Shown here piece by piece: positions 18,151 through 27,115 of a stretch of 64,000 bases of DNA. The notes under the pieces were generated by a model. It saw only the letters and a list, made by a program, of their open reading frames with translations, was not told where the DNA came from and did not search any database. Every line of letters starts with the position of its first letter. Position 1 is the stretch's first letter. The stretch lies in the NCBI GenBank assembly GCA_965221905.1, contig OZ244922.1, forward strand, positions 2,464,001 through 2,528,000. The letters run 5' to 3'. Both the position numbers and the translations under genes were made by a program. Source of the stretch: Chloroflexota bacterium. Lineage in GTDB: Bacteria > Chloroflexota > UBA11872 > VXOZ01.

Positions 18151-18621
18151 ATGACCCCAGAAGAGAAACTCCAAGAGATGGGATTCGAACTTCAGACGCC
18201 GAACGCACCTATTGCAAACTATGTTCCCTGGGTGCGAACCGGAAACCTCGTTTATTTGTCAGGCCAGGGCCCCAACCGCGCAGGCGACACGAGCTCGCCC
18301 ACGTACGACGGCAAGCTGGGAGAGCGCTACGGTATCGAAGAGGGCTACAAAGCGGCACAGCTTACTGCACTTAATCTTCTCTGCGCGCTCAAAGATGCCA
18401 CCGGAGAATTGAGCAAGGTGAAGCGCATTGTCAAAGTGCTGGGAATGGTCAATAGTACGCCGGACTTTGCCGACCAGCCCAAGGTGATTAATGGCTGCTC
18501 CGACCTCTTGGTAGAGGTCTTTGGCGACAAGGGTAAGCACGCCCGCTCCGCGGTCGGCATGGGCGCGCTGCCGAATAACATCCCGGTCGAAATTGAGATA
18601 ATCGTCGAAGTAGAAGCGTAG
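18151..18621 (+). CDS. RidA/YjgF family protein
   Basis: ANYVP, VYLSGQGP, VINGCSDLL, GKHARSAVG, LPNNIPVEIE. Confidence 0.92.
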   Translation: MTPEEKLQEMGFELQTPNAPIANYVPWVRTGNLVYLSGQGPNRAGDTSSPTYDGKLGERYGIEEGYKAAQLTALNLLCALKDATGELSKVKRIVKVLGMVNSTPDFADQPKVINGCSDLLVEVFGDKGKHARSAVGMGALPNNIPVEIEIIVEVEA

Positions 18622-18672
18622 TAACGAACACCGTACGTAATAGCGCATCTCTGTGCTAGCAAGGAGATACCT

Positions 18673-19347
18673 ATGTCCGGTCGGCACATCATCGGTGCCA
18701 TCTTGATACTGCTGGGTACCGGATTCCTTCTTGATCAGCTAGATATTTGGGACTTCTCCGGGTTGCTTGGAACATGGTGGCCGACGGCTATCATTCTCAT
18801 CGGCGTTATCCAGCTTGTGCGCCGGTCTGTGCCGGTCATAGCCGCCGGCCTCATCGTCATCGGGATCGGCGTCATGCTCCAGAGCGCGCGTCTCGACGTA
18901 TTGCCAGAGAACCTTGGCTCGCTCATTTGGCCCCTCATCATCATCCTGGTTGGCATCGGGATTCTCTTCACCACCCTCAAAGGGCGAATGCGCTCACATG
19001 ATGAAGATGCCGTGAATCACTTTGTAGCCTTTGGGGGACTGGAGAACCGCAATGAGTCCCAAAACTTCCGCGGCGGGAGTGTAACCGCACTTTTCGGCGG
19101 CGCAGAGATTGACATGCGCAACGCACAGCTCGCGGTTGGTGGGGCGTCGCTTGACTTGGCGGCAGCGTTCGGCGGTATTGCAATCCGCGTGCCTGAGAAC
19201 TGGAAGGTGCGCGTCTCAGGTCTGCCGCTGTTCGGCGGTTGGGAAAACAATACTGTGGGAAGCAAAGGCGATGACATCGATACCGAGCCATGGGCACTCG
19301 ACGTGAAGTGCCTCGCGCTCTTCGGCGGCATAGAGGTAAAGAACTAG
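18673..19347 (+). CDS. LiaF-like membrane protein (cell-wall-active antibiotic response, DUF2154-like)
   Basis: Four TM helices with WP motifs, then FGG...IDMRNA...FGGIAIRVPENWKV...FGGIEVK. Confidence 0.82.
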   Translation: MSGRHIIGAILILLGTGFLLDQLDIWDFSGLLGTWWPTAIILIGVIQLVRRSVPVIAAGLIVIGIGVMLQSARLDVLPENLGSLIWPLIIILVGIGILFTTLKGRMRSHDEDAVNHFVAFGGLENRNESQNFRGGSVTALFGGAEIDMRNAQLAVGGASLDLAAAFGGIAIRVPENWKVRVSGLPLFGGWENNTVGSKGDDIDTEPWALDVKCLALFGGIEVKN

Positions 19348-19601
19348 AAGCTATCTCATAAATCGGTTCGATAGCCGATTCGTGCTTCGACCCTTCGACA
19401 GAGCCTGTACTGAGCCTGTCGAAGTGCTCAGGACAGGCAAGCTCAGCACGAAAGGATTCTTGCCTTTTTCCGTTCGCCCCCCTATCGTGTCGATACGCTG
19501 TATCGGGTATGGGGCAGGCTCAGAGCCTGCCTGTCCTGAGCTTGACGAAGAGTCGAAGGGCAGGTCTACACAGAGCGATGCATTCATGAGACAAGTCCTA
19601 A
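19344..19601. mobile_element. MITE copy A (CTAG/CTAA-flanked, imperfect TIRs) with nested REP modules
   Basis: CTAG-AAGCTATCTCATAAAT...ATTCATGAGACAAGTC-CTAA; colinear with the inverted copy at 56686-56844. Confidence 0.8.
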
Positions 19602-19659
19602 GCACCTAAACTCGGTGAGTATGTCTTGCCAGTGTAAGCTTGATCCTCGTTAACAACCC

Positions 19660-19900
19660 GTAGCGCGGGGGCAAGCCCCCGCTTCTTGGCGCAAAAAGCA
19701 AGCACCGTCTCGGGCAAGGTGCTTAGGTCGCACTGACATTCGAGAGCTTGGGCGCTTCCATACGCGAACAGGATCCTTAATCTCGTCATTCTGAGAGGCG
19801 AAGTGACGCAGAATCCAGGAGGCGCCTCTTGGCAAGAAGGAACGAGTGCCCACAAGGCGCATCCCAACTAGATTCCGGCGTACGCCGGCATGACGGCAAT
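19660..19900. repeat. Cluster of REP-like palindromes (GTAG type and GTCATTC type)
   Basis: GTAGCGCGGGGGCAAGCCCCCGC; GTCATTCTGAG...GCAGAATCC; GATTCCGGCGTACGCCGGCATGACGG. Confidence 0.65.
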
Positions 19901-20710
19901 GACGATTCCCCCCAGAGAGAGCAACGGGCCAACCTGGCTTATTCACGGCAAAGTGCCGCAGCGACCACGCGCCTAGATCGGCTCCTGGTAGAGCAGAACC
20001 ATATCGCAAGCCGCGAAAAAGCCGCCTATGCCATTCGCGCCGGCGGTGTGCAGGTCAATGGCCGGACGGTAACCAAACCGGCTGCGCCAGTGAATACCGA
20101 CGCCCGCATTCTCGTGAATACGCAGAGCACGCTCCGCATTGGACGCGGCGAACGAAAACTTGCCGGCATTCTAGAGCGGTTTGCTATCAACTGCTCCGGC
20201 AAGATTGCTCTCGACGTTGGGAGCGGCGCCGGTGGCTTCACGTGGCAACTCTTGCGGCATGGCGCAATGCGAGTCTACGCGGTGGACGTGGGGAGCAACC
20301 AACTGCACCACGACCTGCGGACTGACTCCAGGGTTACGGTCTGCGAGCAGACCGACGTGCGCGCTCTCAAATCACTACCTGAAAAACCTGACATCGCCGT
20401 AATCGATGTCTCCTTCATTTCCTTGCGTCTCATTCTGCCGCACGTCTGCTCACTCTTGGGCGGCGACGCGGACGTTGTAGCGCTCCTCAAGCCGCAGTTT
20501 GAACTTGCCTCTATCGGCCTCAAGAAGGGCGATTCGATCAGGAGTGAAGAAACGCAGCACCGCATTCGCGACGGCTTCAGCGCCTGGTGCGGTGCGAATG
20601 GGCTTGCGGTCAAAGGCGACGTCGAGAGCCCGCTCCGCGGAAAGCACGGGGGTCGCGAGGTATTTCTTCACCTCAAACCCGATCCGGCAGATGCTCGCTC
20701 ACACGGATAG
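19829..20710 (+). CDS. tlyA: TlyA family rRNA 2'-O-methyltransferase
   Basis: S4 domain RLDRLLV...SREKA; LDVGSGAGGFT, DVSFISL, LLKPQFE. Start uncertain because the N-terminus overlaps REP DNA. Confidence 0.88.
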   Translation: MARRNECPQGASQLDSGVRRHDGNDDSPQREQRANLAYSRQSAAATTRLDRLLVEQNHIASREKAAYAIRAGGVQVNGRTVTKPAAPVNTDARILVNTQSTLRIGRGERKLAGILERFAINCSGKIALDVGSGAGGFTWQLLRHGAMRVYAVDVGSNQLHHDLRTDSRVTVCEQTDVRALKSLPEKPDIAVIDVSFISLRLILPHVCSLLGGDADVVALLKPQFELASIGLKKGDSIRSEETQHRIRDGFSAWCGANGLAVKGDVESPLRGKHGGREVFLHLKPDPADARSHG

Positions 20711-20780
20711 AAGACCGGCCAAGAGTATACCGGCCGGGCAGGCAGACAATATTGATGCCGCGCCGTTTCGTGCAGCGGTC

Positions 20781-22370
20781 TTAGGAAGAAGAGTCTTCGG
20801 GTATGCTCACATCAACCGGTTTTCCGCTCGACATCAGGGAGCTGAAGGGATGGAGCTTATGTATGCAGTGATTCCCGGTATCCGCTACAAATACGTGCTC
20901 CTGCTCATCAACGGCAATCCCGTAAGGATCCGCGAACTGCCCTTGCTGACCTGCAACTTGTGTGCCCCATTGGAAGAGTGGTTCGCCCGAAGCAGACAAC
21001 TCCTGTATGCGGTTATTCCAAGTATCGGCAATATAGATACTGCCGCTCCCGTCAAGAGCGATTCCACTTGGATTGCGATACTGACCCGATTCAGTGCCCT
21101 CTTCGCCCCATTGTTCACTAGGCTTGCCTTCGGGAGAGAGCTTCTGAATCCTATGATTTCCTGAGTCTGTCACGTAAATCCACCCCTCTTCATCCAAAGC
21201 AACACCGACCGGAGCGCGGAACTCTCCTGCCTCGACACCGTGAGATCCCCAAATCGCAAGCAACTCGCCATTCGCAGAGAGCTTCTTAATCCGGTGATTG
21301 CCGGTATCAGCAACATAGATATCTCCGGCAGCATCAACCGCTATCCCACTGGGTGAACGGAATTGCGCCGGCTTTGCGCCCTGCTCGCCCCACTGTGCAA
21401 GCGGCTGACCATCCACGGAGAGCCTTTGGATTCGGTGATTCTGCGTGTCGGCCACAAGGACATTCCCGCTTGGGTCAATGGCCAATCCATACGGCGACCG
21501 GAACTCGCCTCCTCGTTGGCCGGTTGTCCCCCACTCTGCAACCGGTTCTCCTATGGGAGAAAGCTTCTGCACGCGATTGTTCAGTGTATCGGCTACATAC
21601 ATGTTGCCCTGCGGGTCGAGTGCTACAGCGTGCGGGGAACTAAATTGACATGGTCTTGAACCAAGCTCTCCCCAGATCGCGATGCTGCGGCGGCGCTGAC
21701 TCATTTGGACACGGCGTACAATCCTGAACGCCCACACGACCGAGATGACAAGGACAATGAAAGTTACCGGCAGTAGCCACACTGTGCCGAGCAACAAGGA
21801 GAAGTCGTACAGGCCGTGCAGAACGACCGGAACTACCCAAGCCAGGCGCACGTGTCGTCTTCGGCGTTCCGGATCGAATACGCCCTGTGCGACGTAGTAA
21901 CCCATGATGGCGCCAAGCGCGCCATGTACCGGCACCGAGGTCAGCCCACGGACCGCCGCTCCCAGTGAATCTCCTTCCACCACGTAGGCAATGTTCTCCA
22001 GCATGGCAAAGCCAAGCGAAGCGACTACGCCGTAAACAACGCCATCGAACGGTTCCGCCATCCGCTTGCGCTGGCACGAGTAATTGGTAAGCACCAGGTA
22101 CTTAAACGATTCTTGGAGAATCGCTGCAGCAAGAAATGCCTGGATCAACAGTACCAGTGGGCGGCTGCCCGTCAATCCATCTATCAATGGGTAGAGGATT
22201 GAAACAAGAAAGCCCAGGATTATGACCGGCAGCGTGACCAGGATTCCCAGGCCAAACGTCGCCCAAAGGATCGTACGGGGTTGAGGGAAATCCGGCCGAG
22301 TGTGCAGGAACCAAATCAGAATGAGTCCCGGCACCATTGCGGAAGAGAACATTAAGAGCGGTTGCAACAC
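20781..22370 (-). CDS. PrsW-family intramembrane protease domain fused to an NHL-repeat beta-propeller
   Basis: QESFKY, DGVVYG..SLGFAMLEN, VHG, LHGLYDF; then six F.SP.G.AVD..G.YVADT.N.RIQK repeats. Confidence 0.88.
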   Translation of the reverse strand: MLQPLLMFSSAMVPGLILIWFLHTRPDFPQPRTILWATFGLGILVTLPVIILGFLVSILYPLIDGLTGSRPLVLLIQAFLAAAILQESFKYLVLTNYSCQRKRMAEPFDGVVYGVVASLGFAMLENIAYVVEGDSLGAAVRGLTSVPVHGALGAIMGYYVAQGVFDPERRRRHVRLAWVVPVVLHGLYDFSLLLGTVWLLPVTFIVLVISVVWAFRIVRRVQMSQRRRSIAIWGELGSRPCQFSSPHAVALDPQGNMYVADTLNNRVQKLSPIGEPVAEWGTTGQRGGEFRSPYGLAIDPSGNVLVADTQNHRIQRLSVDGQPLAQWGEQGAKPAQFRSPSGIAVDAAGDIYVADTGNHRIKKLSANGELLAIWGSHGVEAGEFRAPVGVALDEEGWIYVTDSGNHRIQKLSPEGKPSEQWGEEGTESGQYRNPSGIALDGSGSIYIADTWNNRIQELSASGEPLFQWGTQVAGQQGQFADPYGIAVDEQEHVFVADTGNHCIHKLHPFSSLMSSGKPVDVSIPEDSSS

Positions 22371-22698
22371 AGCCTCCCCGGTTTTGTCGCAGCGGCGTGC
22401 GACCTCATGTTACGCAGGGAAGCGCCGTCATTTAGACTTCGTCCACGCAACTACGTTACCTTTTTTTGATCTGAGCTTTGAACGTTAGACCTCCGACCTA
22501 CAGATACCTACCTAATGTACTACAAATTCTGTTGCAGTCTGAAACCAAGTGGGAATTGGCATTGGCAAGATGGGGATTCCGAAGAACCTTATGCAGACTC
22601 TTCCGGACAGAGAGTATGCTTCCTGCCTACTCTTCTGTACCCGACTGAAGTGCCTGCATTTCACTCCGTAGAAATCAGGAGGTCAGGTCAGAGCGCCT

Positions 22699-25065
22699 CT
22701 ACTGGTTGAATTCCACCCAGACAGGACTGGACCACGCCCTTGGGCCCCAGGCGGGCGCAACGTTGGAGAGATGGTTGCGCCAGGCCATAGACTGTTCAAC
22801 ACAAAGGTAGTAGAAGTGCGGCCCCGGTGCGGCGTCCACATCCGTATGTCGGCCCGAAACCCGCGCGTCCGACGTTTCCCAATCCATGATTGGTTGTCCG
22901 TCTCGCACCAGCGTAATGATGGCGGGCTGTTCGGTTAGCTGCACATTCCAGCGTATCTCCGGATGAGTCTGGGTTTCGCCCTCCCCACCCATGAAGACGC
23001 CGGAAACCCAGAGTTGCAGGGCGATACGGGAACCGTCGGTGGCAAAACAGCGGTGTTGCCGCAGTGCCTCCAGGATTGCCGAACGCGTTAGCTCCTCTGC
23101 ATAGATTCCGGTCAGCCCGCCGCCGGTCCCCGCCGTGCGGCGATGGCCGTCGCTGCAGCCGATGAATCCCAACTTCCGCCCACTCAACAGTACTTGATGG
23201 ATTTTTTCCCGATACACCGGATCGAGCATGTGCACGCGCCAGCCGGAACAAACCTCCATGTTCATCTCGGTTCGAGACTCTGACAAGTGATCCCAATGCT
23301 CGTGGTGCGGATGCAGGATTGCGCCGTATTGTTCGGCGTGCGCGGCCAGCGCAGCGAGCGGTTCCCCTTCCACCTCGGTATAGCGTAAGAGCGGCAGTTG
23401 CTCTTTTCCGGCGATAACAGTGCGGTGGTTTGCAGTCCTTGACCCAGAGGCGCGCCTCATCTGCGACCATTCAAATGCCGGCAGCAAGACAAGGTCTTCC
23501 ATATACCTGAAATGGCGCGCAAAATGATAATCCAAATCGTATTCCGAACCCGTGAGGCTGAGAAGATGCTTGTCGTTGTCGGAAAAAGCAACGCAATCCA
23601 AATGCGCTAGGTCGCGCGCGTAGGCGATCAGTTCGTCAACGTAGCCCTCCGCATCCGCAGAGTGCGTGGTGTGGACGTGCAAGTCCGCCCAATAGAGGGA
23701 AAGTTCCGGTTCGCTCTCGGTGGCGGAAGGATTGCTACCGCCGGGATCTTGAATCTGCACGCGAGGCCGGTCATCCGGTCGCGGCCCGCCCATTGCGACA
23801 GGACTCACCCCAAACCACTTTCCTTCACCATGGAATGCCGGTGCATCTCCCAGGGCATACGCATCCAGACAAACATCCTCCACCGACACCTCCGGCGCAA
23901 CACGCGCTGTCACCCATAGATCGTTGCGTGCATCGATGGCATCATTGGCAACCGGAGTGTAGTAACGCGGCCCAACTGCAACGGCACGCGTATCTTGAGC
24001 CACGGGAGGAATCTGGTCTCCGGTACCATCGATGTAGCGCGCGCAAAGTACGCCCATAGTCGTAGGCGTACTGCCATTCTGCAGCTCTTTCCGTTCCCAG
24101 ATCAGCCAGACGCCGCCATCAGGACTCGAGACAACCATGGGCTTGCGTCGTCTGCCGAGATAACCCCATACCCCTAAGCCTTGCCATTCGAGCATGCCCC
24201 AAGCCAAGACGCCAAGGTCCGGCGAACCGCCGGCATCGCACACAAGCTGCCATTGCCCTTCGACGCGTCGCGCCACCCGTGCCACGGGCCACTGGTCGAG
24301 CACATTCCCGTCGCTCACAACTTCCTGCCTACAGAGCCACGCGATCCAAGGGTTGCCGCCAGAGTCGATCGCGAGCGAAGGAACAAGCTGCCAAGCTTCC
24401 GCTGTGACCATAGCCGTTTCAGCAGCGCGGTCGGTCACTACCTCCCGCACGGCAATTGAACCGTCCCGGTCGACGAAAGCACTATGGATACCAAATGTGC
24501 CGCCAACATATGCATCCCAAGCAACCCAGCACCCATCGCCGGTCACGGCCACCTCCGGCCGCTGCGCCCAATGCGGGGACGTCGTTATGTCTACCGGCTC
24601 CGACCAGCCATCACCAGCGTTAACTGTGAGCCGAATGCGGTATGACCCAGGCGACGCAGCCTCGCACCACACTACGGCCATGCGTCCTTCGGCTGAATCG
24701 GCATGGAGGGACACGACAAACCCATCACTCCCAAGCTTTTGCGGAGTTTCCCAGCCTGAAATAGATCGTGTAGATACGAACACTGCATAGGTAAGCCAGA
24801 GATCTTGCGAAATCCAGACGCTGTTGGGCACATCCTTGACCAAGCCGATATACGGTGAGTGGTTCCTGCCTCCCTTGGAAGTAACCGTTTCGAGCGGTGT
24901 AAGCTCGCCACCGTGTGAGGCTCGGGCGTAGATATGCTCTTTGTCTTGCTGATACCCCTGCCACACAGCCCACGCTGTATCGCCGCTGCGCACGGCATGC
25001 GGCGTGTGGCACTCCACACCATTTAACTCACTTGATAGAACTGCATGCGCGCTAGATTTCGTCAT
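22699..25065 (-). CDS. PHP-like metallohydrolase (CehA/McbA, DUF3604-like) with an N-terminal beta-rich repeat region
   Basis: LYWADLHVHTTHSAD, LDCVAFSDN, HPH, GFIGCSDGH, GLTGIYAEELTR, AWSSPVWV. The ORF is open to 25152. Confidence 0.78.
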   Translation of the reverse strand: MTKSSAHAVLSSELNGVECHTPHAVRSGDTAWAVWQGYQQDKEHIYARASHGGELTPLETVTSKGGRNHSPYIGLVKDVPNSVWISQDLWLTYAVFVSTRSISGWETPQKLGSDGFVVSLHADSAEGRMAVVWCEAASPGSYRIRLTVNAGDGWSEPVDITTSPHWAQRPEVAVTGDGCWVAWDAYVGGTFGIHSAFVDRDGSIAVREVVTDRAAETAMVTAEAWQLVPSLAIDSGGNPWIAWLCRQEVVSDGNVLDQWPVARVARRVEGQWQLVCDAGGSPDLGVLAWGMLEWQGLGVWGYLGRRRKPMVVSSPDGGVWLIWERKELQNGSTPTTMGVLCARYIDGTGDQIPPVAQDTRAVAVGPRYYTPVANDAIDARNDLWVTARVAPEVSVEDVCLDAYALGDAPAFHGEGKWFGVSPVAMGGPRPDDRPRVQIQDPGGSNPSATESEPELSLYWADLHVHTTHSADAEGYVDELIAYARDLAHLDCVAFSDNDKHLLSLTGSEYDLDYHFARHFRYMEDLVLLPAFEWSQMRRASGSRTANHRTVIAGKEQLPLLRYTEVEGEPLAALAAHAEQYGAILHPHHEHWDHLSESRTEMNMEVCSGWRVHMLDPVYREKIHQVLLSGRKLGFIGCSDGHRRTAGTGGGLTGIYAEELTRSAILEALRQHRCFATDGSRIALQLWVSGVFMGGEGETQTHPEIRWNVQLTEQPAIITLVRDGQPIMDWETSDARVSGRHTDVDAAPGPHFYYLCVEQSMAWRNHLSNVAPAWGPRAWSSPVWVEFNQ

Positions 25066-25306
25066 AGTATTGCCTTGCCGTCCCGTTTTCCCGTTTCGAC
25101 GGTACTTAGTTACTCTAATGAAGAAGCCTGGGTTCGAGGTGACCAATTGCACCTGTTGCCATCATGCGTCCTCTACTTAGATTCCACCCGGATAACTATG
25201 GCATCGAAAAGCCCTGCCACATTCGATTGCCCTGGTATGAGGCTTGTGCCCTATGCTGGCTTTCGCTGCTGCCAACTAAATCCGATAATCCGGTTCCTGC
25301 GTGCGC

Positions 25307-26845
25307 TCAAGCCTGGCCGAGGTCCTTGAGTATCTCGTGGGCGGCATTGTGACCCGGCACACCGCTAATCTCTCCGCCAGGATGCTGTCCTGCGCCGCAG
25401 AGATAAAGTCCTTGCAACGGGGCGCGATAGTGAGAGATTTCCGGGAGTGGGCGGTTCCACACCAGGTGTTCGCCTGCATGCTGGATGTGCCAGATACAGC
25501 CGTCGGTCAGACCGTTCTCACGTTCCAGATCGAGTGGAGTGCGCAGCTTGTAGTCCCGAATCGACCGGCGGAAATTCGGCGCATATTCTGTGATCTGATC
25601 TATGAGACCTTCCGCCACCTGCTCGCGCACGTCGTCCCAGGTTCCGTTCTGCAGCTTCGCCGGTGCCGCGTAGATCCAAATTGACGCCGTGTGGTACCCC
25701 GGCTGAGTCAGGCTATCGTCAACCGCAGACGGTATCGAATAGCTAATCAGGGGCCTGCGTGGCGGTCGTCCGGCGTCTAGGTCGTCGTAGCAGGCGGACA
25801 TCTCTTCCCGAGTGAGGCTTATTACCACGGAGCCTTTACTCGCCTGTACCGGGTCGCCATCCCAGGCGCGCCACTGCGGCAATTCCGAGATCACCGCAAG
25901 AAACTTGTAGCAACTAACATGCGTAGTGAGTCCCTGAATACGCTTGCGGAAGCCGCTATCCAAGTGCTCTTCCGGCATCACACGCAGAAACGTCCGCTTG
26001 GGGTCAAGATTCGAGGCCACCACACGGCTGCGGACCTCTTCGCCGTCAGCCAGCCTGATGCCAACCACCTCACCGCTCTCAACAAGGAATTGCTCAACCT
26101 CGTGGTCGGTGTGTATCGTTACGCCCGCTTCCTCTGCAGACTCCCGAAAAAGGCGGCTTATCACCCCAACCCCGCCGCGCACGTAGCCGTTCGGCGGCTT
26201 GATGCCCGTTTCCTCATCGACTGCGTTGAGTGAAGCGTAGGCGAGTTGGAAGCCCATAGGATTCCTGCCGATGGCGCCGGCCTCATAGCCGAGACGATTC
26301 TTTAGGTGTCCGTCAGGCAAGAACTCGTCTTGGAGGTCATAAATGCGTGTCGTCAGAGCTTTCTCAAGGACGTCGGCGGCCGGTGTCCCAGCAATTTTGG
26401 CACGCACCTCTTCTAGTGAAGGCGGCGGTTGCAGCCGGTAGGGTGAAATCGTGCGCTGCAATGTGTTCTTGAATTCCGCGTAGCGCCGCTGCCCTTCGCG
26501 TTCCGCCGGCGTCAGTTGCAGCGCGCGATTGCGGGGCGAATCATGGGTATTCGGTCCAAAGTACGTGTCGTCCGGCAGCACCTGAATCCCTTGGCGGGGA
26601 ATGACCTCCATCCCACGTTCGAGCAGGCGAAAGTCGCGATAGATCTTCGGATGAATCCCATGGACCATATGGGCGCACGTAGAGAACTTGAAGCCAGGCC
26701 ACAATTCTTCGGTAATGGCGGCCCCCCCAGTAAAGGGACGGCGCTCGAAGACATGCACCGTTAGCCCCGCACGCGCCAAGTACGTCGCTGCCACCAAACC
26801 ATTGTGTCCGCCGCCGACAATCGCTACGTCAATGTCACCTGCCAC
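25307..26845 (-). CDS. Phytoene-desaturase-like FAD oxidoreductase (PYROXD2-like)
   Basis: IVGGGHNGLVAATYLARAG, GGAAITEE, TPLDLE, GLYLCGAGQHPGGEISGVPGHNAA; GTG start with an AAAGGAG RBS. Confidence 0.88.
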   Translation of the reverse strand: MAGDIDVAIVGGGHNGLVAATYLARAGLTVHVFERRPFTGGAAITEELWPGFKFSTCAHMVHGIHPKIYRDFRLLERGMEVIPRQGIQVLPDDTYFGPNTHDSPRNRALQLTPAEREGQRRYAEFKNTLQRTISPYRLQPPPSLEEVRAKIAGTPAADVLEKALTTRIYDLQDEFLPDGHLKNRLGYEAGAIGRNPMGFQLAYASLNAVDEETGIKPPNGYVRGGVGVISRLFRESAEEAGVTIHTDHEVEQFLVESGEVVGIRLADGEEVRSRVVASNLDPKRTFLRVMPEEHLDSGFRKRIQGLTTHVSCYKFLAVISELPQWRAWDGDPVQASKGSVVISLTREEMSACYDDLDAGRPPRRPLISYSIPSAVDDSLTQPGYHTASIWIYAAPAKLQNGTWDDVREQVAEGLIDQITEYAPNFRRSIRDYKLRTPLDLERENGLTDGCIWHIQHAGEHLVWNRPLPEISHYRAPLQGLYLCGAGQHPGGEISGVPGHNAAHEILKDLGQA

Positions 26846-26985
26846 CGCTTGCTCCTTTAGATATAGGACTTGCCATCGCACGCACGAGCGGGCAAACGCT
26901 CGCGCGAGCGTTTGCCATGGCCACAGTAAACAAGTGGCCAGTCTTGGTCCTTATCTGCTCCAAGTGTTTGGCCGCTCGCTCAACT

Positions 26986-27058
26986 GTCATTCCGAGCGAA
27001 GCGAGGAATCTTGGAAACTCCTTCGAGTATCCCTTCCTCGCTTCGTTCGTTGAAATAA
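26986..27058. repeat. REP-like element, GTCATTCCGAGCG..GCGAGGAATC family
   Basis: GTCATTCCGAGCGAAGCGAGGAATCT plus a degenerate inverted arm; near-identical copy at 48888. Confidence 0.8.
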
Positions 27059-27115
27059 CCAACCTAAGTATATGCTAGTATTCGTGACGCCTATTGGCAG
27101 TCAATTGCTAGCAGC

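Noticed and set aside
19351-19609. ORFs ending STNRLSNRFMR here and at 56579-56860
   Set aside because: They are translations of the MITE sequence, with no RBS or protein signature.
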